DNA from: an uncultured Chloroflexia bacterium
GTDB lineage: Bacteria > Chloroflexota > Anaerolineae > Anaerolineales > Anaerolineaceae
Length of the DNA stretch: 32,000 bases
NCBI GenBank assembly: GCA_963704755.1
Contig: OY969938.1
Location: 3,300,001 to 3,332,000, forward strand
Direction: 5' to 3'
Shown: piece by piece, positions 15,190-22,832 of the stretch
How positions within the stretch are numbered: the first letter of the stretch is position 1
Layout: every line of letters starts with the position of its first letter
Translations under genes and position numbers: made by a program
Notes under the pieces: generated by a model
What the model saw: only the letters and a program-made list of their open reading frames with translations
The model's database searches: none
What the model was told of the DNA's origin: nothing

Positions 15190-15849
15190 TCATGGGTTCA
15201 GCGGTATCTCTGTTTTGGCATGCAGAAAACTATTTTCGTCGCCGATAATGATGGCGGACAGGGGGCCAATGCCTTCGTTTATTACCAGGCCCGGTTTGGA
15301 TACGTCCTGCGGCAGGTCAAAGGCCACCGTGCGGCTGGCGATCTCGCCGGGTTCGACGGGTTGGCTCCACAATTGGCTAGCGGTGACCACCTCACCGACG
15401 GGGAGGTTGAGCTCACCCCCAGCGTTCAGAGCCACCCTATAAGATTTTCCAGCGGCATCCATGATAAACAGGTCGGGCTGGGAAGGGATCTGGGCGGTGC
15501 GTTTGGCGTTGCTACGCAATTGTACCGTGAGGATGTAAAAATTGCCTTTGGCAGTAAGTTGGTGAGGGGCTGTTCCCAGTGTATGGGCGACCGAGAGCGT
15601 TTTGACCGAATAACACATTTCGTCGAAACAGCGCTCCTGGCCCGGATTCAGGTAGTGGGTCTGGCTGAAAACCGAAAAACCCAGAAGGAGAAGCGTATAA
15701 ACCGCCAGCCAGCCCAACAAAAAACGGGCGACCTTCCAGGCCCGGCCCGCGTGACGGGTCGCCAGAGCAACCAGCAACAGGATGGCCCCAATCAACAGGG
15801 CCAGGATGGTGCCAAAAAAAGCGAGAATACCCAATAAACCTTCTAGCAT
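15190..15849 (-). CDS. membrane-anchored DUF4352-like protein
   Basis: Two N-terminal TM helices, then a beta-rich domain (GNFYILTVQLRSN...LFIMDAAGKSY...EPGEIASRTVAFDLP) with a DUF4352-like pattern. Its ATG overlaps the PadR stop (ATGCTAG). Confidence 0.6.
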   Translation of the reverse strand: MLEGLLGILAFFGTILALLIGAILLLVALATRHAGRAWKVARFLLGWLAVYTLLLLGFSVFSQTHYLNPGQERCFDEMCYSVKTLSVAHTLGTAPHQLTAKGNFYILTVQLRSNAKRTAQIPSQPDLFIMDAAGKSYRVALNAGGELNLPVGEVVTASQLWSQPVEPGEIASRTVAFDLPQDVSKPGLVINEGIGPLSAIIIGDENSFLHAKTEIPLNP

Positions 15850-16188
15850 GAATCATTTTCCTTATCAGATGGACAGGATCGCATCCACTGCCCTGGCAAA
15901 TTTATGCCATACCTCCTGCCGCCGTACCCGGGCAGGGTCTGTTGGCCTTTGTGAGTCAGGCGGTAGATGTGTTTGCGCCGTTTAGGATGCTTCGGCCCAT
16001 TCGCCAGGCAGCAGGCCATCGTTTTCCAGGCGGTGCAGGGCGGGGTAGCTTGTGCCTTCCGGCAGATCGAAGGCGCCAGTGCTGTGGCGGCGCAGAGACG
16101 CATAACCATGCAGCGGGTCGTTTTGCAAAACGGCCAGCGGTAGTAAATCGAGGTGCCCTTTGAGTGCTGCGCCAAGCATACCTAGCAT
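15843..16188 (-). pseudogene. PadR family transcriptional regulator with an internal frameshift
   Basis: N-terminal part KGHLDLLPLAVLQNDPLHGYA...EGTSYPALHRLENDGLLPGEWAEAS* stops at 15984-15982. The C-terminal part KRRKHIYRLTHKGQQTL continues in another frame to the stop at 15845-15843. Confidence 0.7.
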
Positions 16189-16216
16189 TATAATACATAG
16201 TATTGCTATGTGTCAA
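16177..16216 (-). promoter_or_regulatory. candidate PadR promoter (TTGACA-18-TATAAT) with an embedded palindrome, possibly leaderless
   Basis: Minus strand reads TTGACA CATAGCAATACTATGTAT TATAAT GCTAGGT ATG. The palindrome ACATAG-N5-CTATGT (16195-16211) lies in the spacer. The -10 overlaps the first ATG (16188), and the second ATG (16179) lies 7 nt after the -10. Confidence 0.4.
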
Positions 16217-16262
16217 GCCGTACGAATTGCCTCACAATTAATCTTACTTTGCGAAATAACGT

Positions 16263-17511
16263 TGGCTCAAAATAAATGTTACCCTAACGCGGAATAAAGC
16301 ACCGCAGAGGGAGCTCATGATGAGTCAACGCAGTCGGCGGGAGATGCTAGAAAGCATTCGTCCGCGCTATTTGAAAGCCAGGAAAGCCGAGAAGAAACAG
16401 ATTCTGGATGAATTTATCGCCACAAGCGGATATCATCGTAAATACGCTATTCGGCTGTTGAAGCATGGTTCCAAGCCAAAGGGGTTGAAGAAAGCCGGGC
16501 GACGGAAGAAATACAACGGGGAAGTCGTCGTGGCTCTGGAAAAGATTTGGGAAGTTAGTGGGTGCATCTGCTCAAAACGACTACAGCCTTTTATTCCTGA
16601 AATGGTGGATGTTTTAGAGCGCTGGCAGGAAATAGAGTTGAGCGAGGAAACCAAAGCGCTTTTGTTGAGCTTGAGCCGGGCCACCATAGATCGCTGTTTG
16701 AAAAAGGCACGCCTCGCCCCCACCCCACGTGGGCTTGGGACTACCAAACCGGGCAGTTTGCTCAAACAAGCCATTCCCATCCGCACCTTTACCCCTTGGG
16801 AGGACGAGAAGCCAGGCTTTCTGGAAATCGACCTGGTGGCCCATTGTGGTACAACCACCGAGGGTACCTACCTCAATACCCTCACTGCAACCGATTTAGC
16901 CACCGGCTGGACCGAGTGCCTGGGCCTGGCCAACAAAACCCAGACAGCTGTCTCTCAAGCCATTGAGGAATTGCGCCATAACCTGCCTTTTCCTCTTTTG
17001 GGATTGGATTCAGACAATGGCAGTGAATTCATCAACGATACACTTTTGCGATACTGCCAGAGCGAACTCATTACCTTTACGCGTTCGCGGCCTTACCACA
17101 AGAATGATCAGGCTCATGTGGAACAGAAGAATTGGTCGGTTGTTCGACATACCATTGGCTATGACCGCTTCGAAACCCCACAAGAACTTGCCTTGCTCAA
17201 ATCCATTTACTCCGATTTGCGTCTTTACATCAATTTTTTCCAGCCAGTTCTCAAACTGATTGCTAAAGAAACCGTTGACGGCAAGACGATCCGTAAGTAT
17301 GATCTGGCCAAGACCCCCTATCGCCGGGTCTTAGCCCAGGACTCTCTTCCCCTGAAAGTCAAGGCCAGTCTTACTGCCCAATATGTTCATCTGAACCCTG
17401 TGTCCTTACAGGCCAGTATCAATAAAAAGGTCAATCAATTGTTAAGAATTCTCCGGTAACATTTCTATTTGAGGCAACGATTATCCCAAAGTAACATTTT
17501 ATTTTGAGGCA
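16263..17511 (+). mobile_element. insertion sequence with a single rve-type DDE transposase
   Basis: Terminal inverted repeats TGGCTCAAAATAAATGTTAC (16263-16282) and GTAACATTTTATTTTGAGGCA (17491-17511). No clear target-site duplication. Family uncertain (ISNCY/IS481-like from memory). Confidence 0.65.
16317..17459 (+). CDS. DDE-type integrase/transposase (rve domain)
   Basis: 380 aa with an N-terminal HTH-like region (ILDEFIATSGYHRKYAIRLL). Candidate catalytic residues are in EIDLVAH, LDSDNGSEF and NDQAHVEQKN. Confidence 0.85.
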   Translation: MMSQRSRREMLESIRPRYLKARKAEKKQILDEFIATSGYHRKYAIRLLKHGSKPKGLKKAGRRKKYNGEVVVALEKIWEVSGCICSKRLQPFIPEMVDVLERWQEIELSEETKALLLSLSRATIDRCLKKARLAPTPRGLGTTKPGSLLKQAIPIRTFTPWEDEKPGFLEIDLVAHCGTTTEGTYLNTLTATDLATGWTECLGLANKTQTAVSQAIEELRHNLPFPLLGLDSDNGSEFINDTLLRYCQSELITFTRSRPYHKNDQAHVEQKNWSVVRHTIGYDRFETPQELALLKSIYSDLRLYINFFQPVLKLIAKETVDGKTIRKYDLAKTPYRRVLAQDSLPLKVKASLTAQYVHLNPVSLQASINKKVNQLLRILR

Positions 17512-17698
17512 CCACGGCCGTATCCCTTGAACCATGTAATTGCCAAAAGTGTTTTTGAATCGGCCCTGAATTCGGCAAAGAAAAATAATATTTTTGTTGT
17601 TGATTGATCGTAAGTTATTTGCCCCCCGAATTTAGGCTGGCCACGATCTGGAGCCGGAGCACACCATATTCCTCTCTGAGAACTATGGTGTGCTCCGG

Positions 17699-18330
17699 GG
17701 TTAGTTGTTTTTTTCGTAAAAGTCGCGTCCTAACGGTGCGTTCCGGGCACGCCGGTGTGGGCCAGTGGCCTGGTTATTCAACCATTTCCAGGATGGCAGC
17801 CCTAAAACGCACCCTACGCCGAGGTGGTTTTTAAGAAAATCTTCTTTGCGTCCTCTGCGTCTCAGCGGTGCAATATCTGGCTGCGTATAAGAGCGGCCTC
17901 GGTCTGGAGACCGGGCCGAACGCTTAAGGCGATTTTCCTTGATGAACCATCTTCTCTTTTAAGGTTTTCTCTGTGAACTCCGTGACTCTGTGGTTAGTTG
18001 TTTATTTTTGTAAAAGTCGCGTCCTAACGGTGCGTTCCGGGCACGCCGGTGTGGGCCAGTTGCCTGGTGATTCAACCATTTTCAGGATGGCAGCCCTAAA
18101 ACGCACCCTACGCCGAGGTGCTTTTTAAGAAAATCTTCTCTACGCTCCCCACGCCCTGGCGGGCGGTGCCATGGTCTGCGCCTCAGCGGTGCCAAATCTG
18201 GCCAGCATTGAAGAGCGGCCTCGGCCGACGGTACGGAGGTGAGACCGGGCCGAACGCTTAATACTAAATTTTTTGATGATCCGTTTTTTAAGGTTTCCTC
18301 TGCGTGCTCTGCGTCTCAGCGGTGCAATTC
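17699..18330 (+). repeat. two tandem ~293-nt non-coding repeat units (17699-17991, 17992-~18330)
   Basis: A-segments 17699-17845 and 17992-18139 differ at about 6 of ~148 positions by manual alignment. Each unit also holds a GC-rich B hairpin (17889-17928, 18211-18260). Each unit also carries two copies of a TTTTTAAG...CTCTGCG..CTCAGCGGTG-like motif (four in total, some divergent). Confidence 0.8.
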
Positions 18331-18518
18331 TTTGTGGTTTTCTTTCTTGACAAAGTGCAAGATTACTTCTTGCTTACAGTAAGATAAAAATTATGCGGTT
18401 TGGACGCTTGTTCTCTTTATAAAATTGCCATCATCCGCATCGGGTGTGTCGGCATCTACAGGTTTTGAAGAGAGCTTACCGGCTGATTAGCGGTGTTTGC
18501 TTGTGGCCGGCAGGCGGC

Positions 18519-18785
18519 TTACCCAATTACAAGCGGGTTGAATAGAGCGTGAGGAACTCCAATCTTTGCCACAAAAGCGTCAGCATTGCCTGCAAAGGGG
18601 TTCAGCGGGCTGCCCCAGGTGAAGGCGCTGGCTCCGGCGATCGCGATATTCCCTGCGGCGTCCACCGCAACCCCGGCGGCGACTTCATCGTCGGCAGAGC
18701 CCAGGAATGTGTGCCATTGTAACGCGCCGTTGAAATTTCTCCGTCCTGGATGTTGTCGTGGCGACCGGCAGGAATGGGCCTGCTT
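18519..18785 (-). pseudogene. C-terminal remnant of an SBBP-type beta-propeller repeat protein
   Basis: Frame open 18785-18522 without a start. It reads ...NFNGALQWHTFLGSADDEVAAGVAVDAAGNIAIAGASAFTWGSPLNPFAGNADAFVAKI..., which resembles a single SBBP repeat. The upstream part of the frame looks like junk. Confidence 0.35.
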
Positions 18786-18930
18786 CAGTAAAATCGCCGT
18801 TCATCTCCTATTTTGACTGAAAGGAAGCGTGCAGAAAATACAGAAAAATGGAGACTTTCTCTGGTTAAGAACTTCGTATTTACGGGTGAGGAAGCATCCA
18901 TTGAGTAAGAGCCTAAATATAATTTGTTTA

Positions 18931-19042
18931 GTCACTGCTCAGCTATCCAGGGAAGGGGATGTTTTTATTGTTTTTCGCGTGCGAAGCACGCGAAAAACAA
19001 TAAAAACATCCCCTTCTTTCAACTGGCCGAAGTAGTTTTGAC
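18931..19042. mobile_element. 112-nt foldback MITE-like element, copy 3 (B-end left)
   Basis: GTCAC...GTTTTGAC termini. Perfect 31-bp stem 18952-18982 / 18986-19016 with loop GAA. Flanking 8-mers match only 5/8. Confidence 0.6.
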
Positions 19043-19120
19043 ATTGTCAAAGGAAGTCACTCGTCAAAATATTAGAGTTATGCCCATAATAGTAGTAACT
19101 CTAATATCTCGGAGGAGCGT

Positions 19121-19252
19121 ATGTTTGTCGATCGCCGGCAAGAGCTCGATTTTCTCAACAGCGTCCTCACGCGCAGCCGCTCGGGGCCAGCACAACTGGT
19201 GCTGATGTATGTCCGCCGTCACGGCACTGCCTCGCACATCAACCAGCGGTGA
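19121..19252 (+). pseudogene. N-terminal remnant of an AAA ATPase (archaeal-ATPase/DUF234-type)
   Basis: GGAGG SD then MFVDRRQELDFLNSVLTRSRSGPAQLVLMYVRRHGTASHINQR*. It resembles the FVGRE.EL..L......AQL..iyGRRRvGKT N-terminus, but the Walker A is degenerate and a stop follows after 43 aa. Confidence 0.4.
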
Positions 19253-19340
19253 CTGAGGACGGCCATCTTGCTCCAACAGGTTCTCGGATAGGCCTTGTTA
19301 TAATGATCGGAAACCAATATGGATTTTTAGGATTCTTCCC

Positions 19341-20021
19341 ATGCTTTCTATCCTTTTCGTCGAAGACGATGACACCATCGCTATGGGGGTGGAATACTCG
19401 CTCAAGCAGGACGGTTTCCAGGCCAGCCTGGCCCACCGCCTGGAGGAGGCGCGCGATCTGCTCAAGCGCCAGCCCTTCGACCTGGTGCTCTTGGACCTGG
19501 GATTGCCGGACGGCAGCGGCTATGAGCTGTGCAAAGAAATCCGCGCCGCCGGGAATACGCCCATCATCATCCTCTCTGCCCGCGACGAAGAGGCCAGCAT
19601 CGTCCTCGGCCTCGACCTGGGCGCGGACGACTATATCACCAAGCCCTTTCGCCTGCGCGAGCTGATCTCGCGCATGAAAGCCGTCTTGCGCCGCCGCGGG
19701 CCGGTCGAGACAGGCGACCGTACCCTCACTTGTGGGGACGTGACGGTTTTCGCCCAGCAGGCCAAGGTCTACAAGAACGGGCGCGAAGTGCTTTTGACCG
19801 CGCTGGAATACCGGCTGCTGCTCACGTTGATCCTCAACCAGGGCCGGGTGCTCACCCGCAGCCAGATTTTGGGCAGCATCTGGGATGTGGACGAAGATTT
19901 CGTCAACGACAACACCCTAACGGTCTACATCAAGCGCCTGCGCGAGAAGCTCGAGGACGACCCACAGAATCCGGCGCTGATCAAAACTGTACGCGGGTTG
20001 GGGTACCAGGTAGGCGATTGA
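19341..20021 (+). CDS. OmpR/PhoB-family response regulator
   Basis: Receiver domain (ILFVEDDD...DLVLLDLGLPDGSG) plus a winged-helix C-terminus (LTALEYRLLLTL...IKTVRGLGYQV). Confidence 0.9.
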   Translation: MLSILFVEDDDTIAMGVEYSLKQDGFQASLAHRLEEARDLLKRQPFDLVLLDLGLPDGSGYELCKEIRAAGNTPIIILSARDEEASIVLGLDLGADDYITKPFRLRELISRMKAVLRRRGPVETGDRTLTCGDVTVFAQQAKVYKNGREVLLTALEYRLLLTLILNQGRVLTRSQILGSIWDVDEDFVNDNTLTVYIKRLREKLEDDPQNPALIKTVRGLGYQVGD

Positions 20022-20022
20022 C

Positions 20023-21279
20023 ATGAAACAGCTCCTTCATTCAGAAGAACGAAAATTGTTTATCTCCACAATAACCCTGTCGCTGATCGCTCTCCTGGCG
20101 GCAGGGCTCCTCAGCCTGGCAGTGACGATATATACCAACCGGGCGGTCAAAGACACTTATGCAGGCATCGTCGGCACGGTGACGCAGCGCTACCCCCAGG
20201 CCGAGGCGCAGGTCGTGCAGGATCTGACTTCGCCGGACGCCGCCTCCATCAGCCTGGGAACCCAGGTATTGGAGAAATATGGCCTGGGCGATCAGATTGC
20301 GGTCGAAGATCCCGCGCTCGGCGGGGCGGATACCGGCGTTGCCGCCGGCCTGCTGGCGCGCCTGCTGCCGGTCGGACTGGCGCTGGTCGGGCTGATCTGC
20401 ACCGGGTTCGTTCTTTTGCTGGCGCGTTACCAGCGGGCAGTTTCGGCCCAGGTGGCAGGGCTTTCGGCCTACCTGCGCCAGATCGATGGCGGTGATTATG
20501 CGCTGGACGTACGCGATAACGGCGAGGGCAGCTTCAGCCTGTTGAAGAACGACCTGTATAAGGTCACCGTCCGGCTGCGTGAGCAGGCCGAATTGCTGCA
20601 AAAGGATAAAACCGCCTTATCCAACCTGATCGCCGACATCTCCCACCAGATCAAAACCCCGCTCACTTCGTTGGGCGTTTTGGCCGACCTGCTGGCCGAG
20701 GATCCCCCGGAGGCGGACCGGCGCGCGTTTGTCGAGCGCCTGCGCGCGCAGCTCGGGCGCATCCAATGGCTGGTGACGGCTTTGCTCAAGCTGGCCCGGC
20801 TGGATGCCGGCACCGCTGCTTTAAAAAGCGAACCGGTGGACCTGCGCCGGCTGATCGAACGGGCGCTGGAACCGCTGCAGATCCCACTCGAGATCAAGCG
20901 ACAGCGCCTCGAGGTGCACGGCGAGGCAGAGGCAAGTTTTACCGGCGACCTCAACTGGAGCGCCGAGGCGCTGACCAACGTGGTCAAGAACTGTGTCGAA
21001 CATACCCCCGAGGGCGGGAAGATCGAGATAACTTACAGCGCCAACGCCTTATACGCCGAGATCATCGTCAGCGACGATGGCGAGGGGATTGCGCGCCGGG
21101 ATATCCCTCACGTCTTCAACCGCTTGTATCGCGGTGAGAACGCCGGCGAGAACAGCGTCGGTATCGGGCTGGCGTTGGCCAAGTCCGTCTTCACCGCCCA
21201 GGGCGGGGATATCACCGTGCGCAGCGAGCCCGGAGTGGGGACGCGCTTCGAGATCCGCCTTTTCCGCGGGGTGGTTTAA
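20023..21279 (+). CDS. sensor histidine kinase (two TM segments, HisKA + HATPase_c)
   Basis: H-box ADISHQIKTPLTSL, N-box VVKNCVEHT, G-boxes DDGEGI and GIGLALAK. Starts 1 nt after the regulator stop. Confidence 0.9.
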   Translation: MKQLLHSEERKLFISTITLSLIALLAAGLLSLAVTIYTNRAVKDTYAGIVGTVTQRYPQAEAQVVQDLTSPDAASISLGTQVLEKYGLGDQIAVEDPALGGADTGVAAGLLARLLPVGLALVGLICTGFVLLLARYQRAVSAQVAGLSAYLRQIDGGDYALDVRDNGEGSFSLLKNDLYKVTVRLREQAELLQKDKTALSNLIADISHQIKTPLTSLGVLADLLAEDPPEADRRAFVERLRAQLGRIQWLVTALLKLARLDAGTAALKSEPVDLRRLIERALEPLQIPLEIKRQRLEVHGEAEASFTGDLNWSAEALTNVVKNCVEHTPEGGKIEITYSANALYAEIIVSDDGEGIARRDIPHVFNRLYRGENAGENSVGIGLALAKSVFTAQGGDITVRSEPGVGTRFEIRLFRGVV

Positions 21280-21350
21280 GGCATGGTTGTTTCTGTGAGC
21301 TTACAGGTATGGTCGGGGGTCATGTACAGGTATAAAAATGGAGGTCGAAT

Positions 21351-21923
21351 ATGGCTAACTTGATTTACATAGCGAACACCTCACTCGACGGGTACACCGA
21401 AGACAAGGATGGTAAGTTTGACTGGACAGGCCCAAGTGAGGAATTGTTCAAATTTATCACGGACATCGTAAGGACAACACGCACGCACCTCTATGGGCGG
21501 CGCATGTATGAGACCATGATGGTGTGGGAGACTGATCCCAATCTGGCCGCCGAGTCTCCGCCCATGCGTGATTTCGCGGAGACCTGGCAAGCGGCCAATA
21601 AAATCGTGTACTCCAGGACGTTGAAGACGATCTCCACTCGCAACACGCAGCTCGAGCAAAACTTTGATCCGCAAGCGATTCGCCAGCTTAAAGCAGCCAG
21701 CGATCATGACATCCTCATCGGGGGTCCCGAACTCGCCGCCCAGGCCTTCCAGGCCGGGTTGATCGACGAGTACCAACTGTTCCTTATCCCGATTCTCGTG
21801 GGCGGCGGCAAATCGGCACTGCCCGACAACCTGCGATTGGAGTTCGAACTTTTGGCGGAACACCGCTTTCGCAATGGTATAGTTTTCCTCCGGTATCGAA
21901 CAAAGCCGGAAAGAGCCGCCTGA
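21351..21923 (+). CDS. dihydrofolate reductase family protein (RibD C-terminal domain type)
   Basis: 190 aa: MANLIYIANTSLDGYTEDKDGKFDW...LYGRRMYE...ILIGGPELAAQAF..GLIDEYQLFLIPILVGGG. Confidence 0.75.
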   Translation: MANLIYIANTSLDGYTEDKDGKFDWTGPSEELFKFITDIVRTTRTHLYGRRMYETMMVWETDPNLAAESPPMRDFAETWQAANKIVYSRTLKTISTRNTQLEQNFDPQAIRQLKAASDHDILIGGPELAAQAFQAGLIDEYQLFLIPILVGGGKSALPDNLRLEFELLAEHRFRNGIVFLRYRTKPERAA

Positions 21924-22005
21924 CACACATCGTCAGGTGAATAAATTGTCACAATTATAGTCACCGCAGGGTCACTCGCCATCGGTATGCTTTGAATGTT
22001 GGTAA

Positions 22006-22117
22006 GTAACTGTTCAGCCAAATGGGTAAGAATCCTGGATTTGAGGTGTTTGCGGGGGCTTCGCTCCCGCAAACACCTCAAATCCAGGAACTTTTATACA
22101 GGAGCCTGAGAAGTTAC
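22006..22117. mobile_element. 112-nt foldback MITE-like element, copy 4 (B-end left, inverted relative to copy 1)
   Basis: GTAAC...GTTAC termini. 26-bp stem 22034-22059 / 22063-22088 with one G-T pair and loop TTC. Flanking 8-mers GTTGGTAA / ATTGGTAA (7/8). Confidence 0.7.
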
Positions 22118-22148
22118 ATTGGTAATTCATAAATCTTGGAGGCATATA

Positions 22149-22832
22149 GTGGAAATTCTCGAGGTGAATAACCTTTCGAAGGTTTACGGAAAAGGCGATA
22201 CGCAGATCAAGGCCCTGGATGACGTCAGCTTTAAAGTAGAAAAAGGCGAATTCGTTGCTATCGTCGGCCCTTCCGGCTCTGGTAAATCGACCTTGCTGCA
22301 CATCCTGGGCGGGGTGGATACGCCCAGTTCTGGCCAGGTGCTGGTAGATGGCACCGACATCTGCACTCTCGATCAGACCAAACTGGCCATCTTCCGCCGC
22401 CGGCAGATTGGCCTCATCTACCAGTTTTACAACCTGATCCCGATCCTCAACGTCGCGGAGAATATCACCCTGCCGCTGCTGCTGGACGGGCGCAGCCTGG
22501 ATGAGGCGCGTTTACAGGAACTCGTGACCACCCTGGGTTTGGCCGACCGGATCCAGCACTTGCCCAATCAGCTTTCCGGCGGGCAGCAGCAGCGCGTCTC
22601 CATCGGGCGGGCGCTGATCAATAACCCCGCCCTGGTCCTGGCCGACGAGCCCACCGGCAACCTGGACAGCGCCAACTCCAAGGATATCATGGCGCTGCTT
22701 AAACTTTCCAACCAGCGCTATCACCAAACGCTGATCATGGTGACCCACGATCATGACATCGCCCTGCAGGCCGACCGCATCATCTCCTTTAGCGACGGGT
22801 GCATCGAACGCGACGAGGCGGTACGGGCATGA
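22149..22832 (+). CDS. ABC transporter ATP-binding protein (MacB/LolD/FtsE type)
   Basis: GTG 22149 is preferred (TGGAGG 6 nt upstream; [14 protein letters not shown]). Walker [10 protein letters not shown], signature LSGGQQQRV, Walker B LVLADEPT. Confidence 0.9.
   Translation: MEILEVNNLSKVYGKGDTQIKALDDVSFKVEKGEFVAIVGPSGSGKSTLLHILGGVDTPSSGQVLVDGTDICTLDQTKLAIFRRRQIGLIYQFYNLIPILNVAENITLPLLLDGRSLDEARLQELVTTLGLADRIQHLPNQLSGGQQQRVSIGRALINNPALVLADEPTGNLDSANSKDIMALLKLSNQRYHQTLIMVTHDHDIALQADRIISFSDGCIERDEAVRA

Noticed and set aside
17610-17698. A possible fifth, degenerate member of the 112-nt family (GTAAGTTATTTGCC..CCGAATTTAGG.. followed by a 15-bp hairpin CCGGAGCACACCATA/TATGGTGTGCTCCGG)
   Set aside because: Only about 9 of 14 terminal positions match. 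There is no matching right terminus, no flanking duplication and the length is wrong. The similarity may be chance.
17936-17950. Hammerhead-like core, because TTGATGA occurs in each repeat unit (also near 18274)
   Set aside because: The catalytic core requires CUGAUGA with the matching GAAA and stem context. Here the first base is U, and no compatible stems or cleavage-site triplet are evident.
17699-18330. CRISPR array, because a ~25-nt CTCTGCG..CAGCGGTG motif recurs four times
   Set aside because: The spacings are irregular (about 120, 205 and 127 nt). The intervening 'spacers' are themselves repeated between units, the motif copies are imperfect, and no cas genes are present. This is a tandem ~293-nt repeat, not repeat-spacer architecture.
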